Shown here one piece after another: positions 61,968-64,000 of a stretch of DNA of 64,000 nt; position 1 is the stretch's first letter, and every line of letters starts with the position of its first letter. The DNA is taken from NCBI RefSeq assembly GCF_963921235.1, contig NC_086097.1, positions 253,768,001 to 253,832,000 on the forward strand, given 5' to 3'. Below the pieces are notes generated by a model. That model searched no databases. It saw only the letters and a program-made list of their open reading frames with translations, and was not told the origin of the DNA. Position numbers and translations under genes: made by a program. This DNA is from Mobula hypostoma (lineage: Eukaryota).

Positions 61968-62682
61968 TTAGGAACATAAGAAATAGGAGCAGGAGTAGGC
62001 CAGTTGGCCCATCGAGCTTTCTCAACCATTCAATGAGATCCTGGCTGATCTGGCCATGAACTCATCTTCTCCAATCTGCCTTTTCCCCATAACCCTTAAT
62101 CCCCCTACCATGCAAAAACCTATCCAACATTGTCTTAAATATATTTACTGAGGTAGCCTCCACTGCTTATTGTACAGAAAATCCCACAGATTCACCACTC
62201 TCTGGGTCATATTTAACTGTATATCAGAGGCTCTGGCTGCTCACTCCATTGGTTATTCCAGATTCAGATCCCATCTTGAAGGAAAGTAACATTTAATAAT
62301 TCTCTCAGTGCTTCTTTTACCCTTAATAAAGCATTCTTTTGGAATTTATTATGATTCGATATAATTTATATGCTATCACCACGTTAACTCTTTTTGCCTT
62401 TAAAAAGTGTGGATAACTGTTTGCACATTAACAGTGCGGAGGAACCGAGGGATCTTGGGGTTCATAATTACAGGCTTGGGGAAAGGAAATCAAGTGTAAT
62501 GGAGGGAAGAATGGGGATGTGAAGCATATTAACTTTAATGAAGGAAACAAAGTATGGTTGCCAATCACACTGATGATGCAAAGCAAATTCTTTCGGGATA
62601 TCAGGAGGTGGCAAACGGATATAGATGGCAAATGACAGGGCCAAGTTCTGAGATCAGATTTAACTAAATGAAGCAATCATTA

Positions 62683-64000
62683 ACATAGAACATAGAATTG
62701 TACAGCACATTACAGGCCCTTCGGCCCACAATGTTGTGTTGACCCTCAAACCCTGCCTCCCATATAACCCCCCACCTTAAATTCCTCCATATACCTGTCT
62801 AGTAGTCTCTTCAAATTCATGAGTGTATCTGCCTCCACCACTGACTCAGGCAGTGCATTCTCGGAGTAAAAAACCTTCCTCTAATATCCCCCTTGAACTT
62901 CCCACCCCTTACCTTAAAGCCATGTCCTCTTGTATTGAGCAGTGGTGCCCTGGGGAAGAGGTGCTAGCTATCCACTCTATCTATTCCTCTTATTATCTTG
63001 TATGCCTCTATCATGTCTCCTCTCACCCTCCTTCTCTCCAAAGAGTAAAGCCCTAGCTCCCTTAATCTCTGATCATAATGCATACTCTCTAAACCGGGCA
63101 GCATCCTGGTAAATCTCCTCTGTACCCTTTCCAATACTTCCACATCCTTCCTATAGTGAGGTGACCAGAACTGGACACAATACTCCAAGTGTGGCCTAAC
63201 CAGAGTTTCACAGAGCTGCATCATTACATCACAACTCTTAAACTCTATCCCTTGACTTATGAAAGCTAACACCCCATAAGCTTTCTTAACTACCCTATCT
63301 ACCTGTGAGACAACTTTCAGGGATCTGTGGACATGTACCCCGAGATCCCTCTGCTCCTCCACACTACCAAATATCCTGCCATTTACTTTGTACTCTGCCT
63401 TGGAGTTTCTCCTTCCAAAGTGTACCACCTCACACTTCTCTGGGTTGAATTCCATCTGCCACTTCTCAGCCCACTTCTGCATCCTATCAATGTCTTTCTG
63501 CAATCTTCGACAATCCTCTACACTATCTACAACACAACCAAACTATGTGTCATCTGCAAACTTGCCAACCCACCCTTCTACCCCCACATCCAGGTCGTTA
63601 ATAAAAATCACAAAAAGTAGAGGTCCCAGAACAGATCCTTGTGGGACACCACTAGTCACAACCCTCCAATCTGAATGTACTCCCTCCACCACCACCCTCT
63701 GCCTTCTGCAGGCAAGCCAATTCTGAATCCACCTGGCCAAACTTCCCTGGATCCCATGCCTTCTGACTTTCTGAATAAGCCTACCGTGTGGAACCTTGTC
63801 AAATGCCTTACTAAAATCCGTATAGATCACATCCACTGCACTACCCTCATCTTTATGCCTGGTCACCTCCTCAAAGAACTCTATCGGGCTTGTTAGACAC
63901 GATCTGCCCTTCACAAAGCCATGCTGACTGTCCCTGATCAGACCATGATTCTCTAAATGCTCATAGATCCTATCTCTAAGAATCGTTTCCAACAGCTTTC
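62683..64000 (-). mobile_element. CR1 LINE RT and 3' UTR, runs off the window
   Basis: [37 protein letters not shown] and VRPHLEYCVQFW motifs; catagaacatagaa tail. Confidence 0.93.

Noticed and set aside
1..64000. Excess of minus-strand LINEs as evidence for an intron of a + strand gene
   Set aside because: The bias by eye is modest and the fragments are not independent, so it is too weak to call.

Overview
This is vertebrate, almost entirely repeat-derived DNA (intronic or intergenic). The repeat set points to a cartilaginous fish, probably a ray; this is an inference from V-domain SINEs, abundant CR1 and Penelope elements. I found no host protein-coding exon that I can recognise. Nearly all listed ORFs are sense or antisense pieces of retroelements. 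The window holds more than 25 CR1 LINE fragments from several subfamilies, Rex1/Babar-type and RTE-type LINE fragments, tRNA-derived SINEs, two Tc1 remnants and two broken Tf1/sushi-like LTR elements. It also holds Penelope-like elements carrying minimal hammerhead ribozymes and one LTR-to-LTR Mag-like Ty3/Gypsy element (25077-29116). Four signals stand out. (1) The Mag-like element has no tRNA primer-binding site; in its place is a perfect 15-nt complement of its own LTR poly(A)-signal region, and it has a YLDN RT motif and a hairpin over the PPT. (2) Two hammerhead cores are intact, one in a ~95-bp mini-insertion with a 13-bp TSD. (3) A non-coding RTE-type element carries a twister-ribozyme-like motif. 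(4) Several local inverted or templated duplications are present. All boundaries were read by eye and are approximate unless a TSD or terminal motif is quoted.
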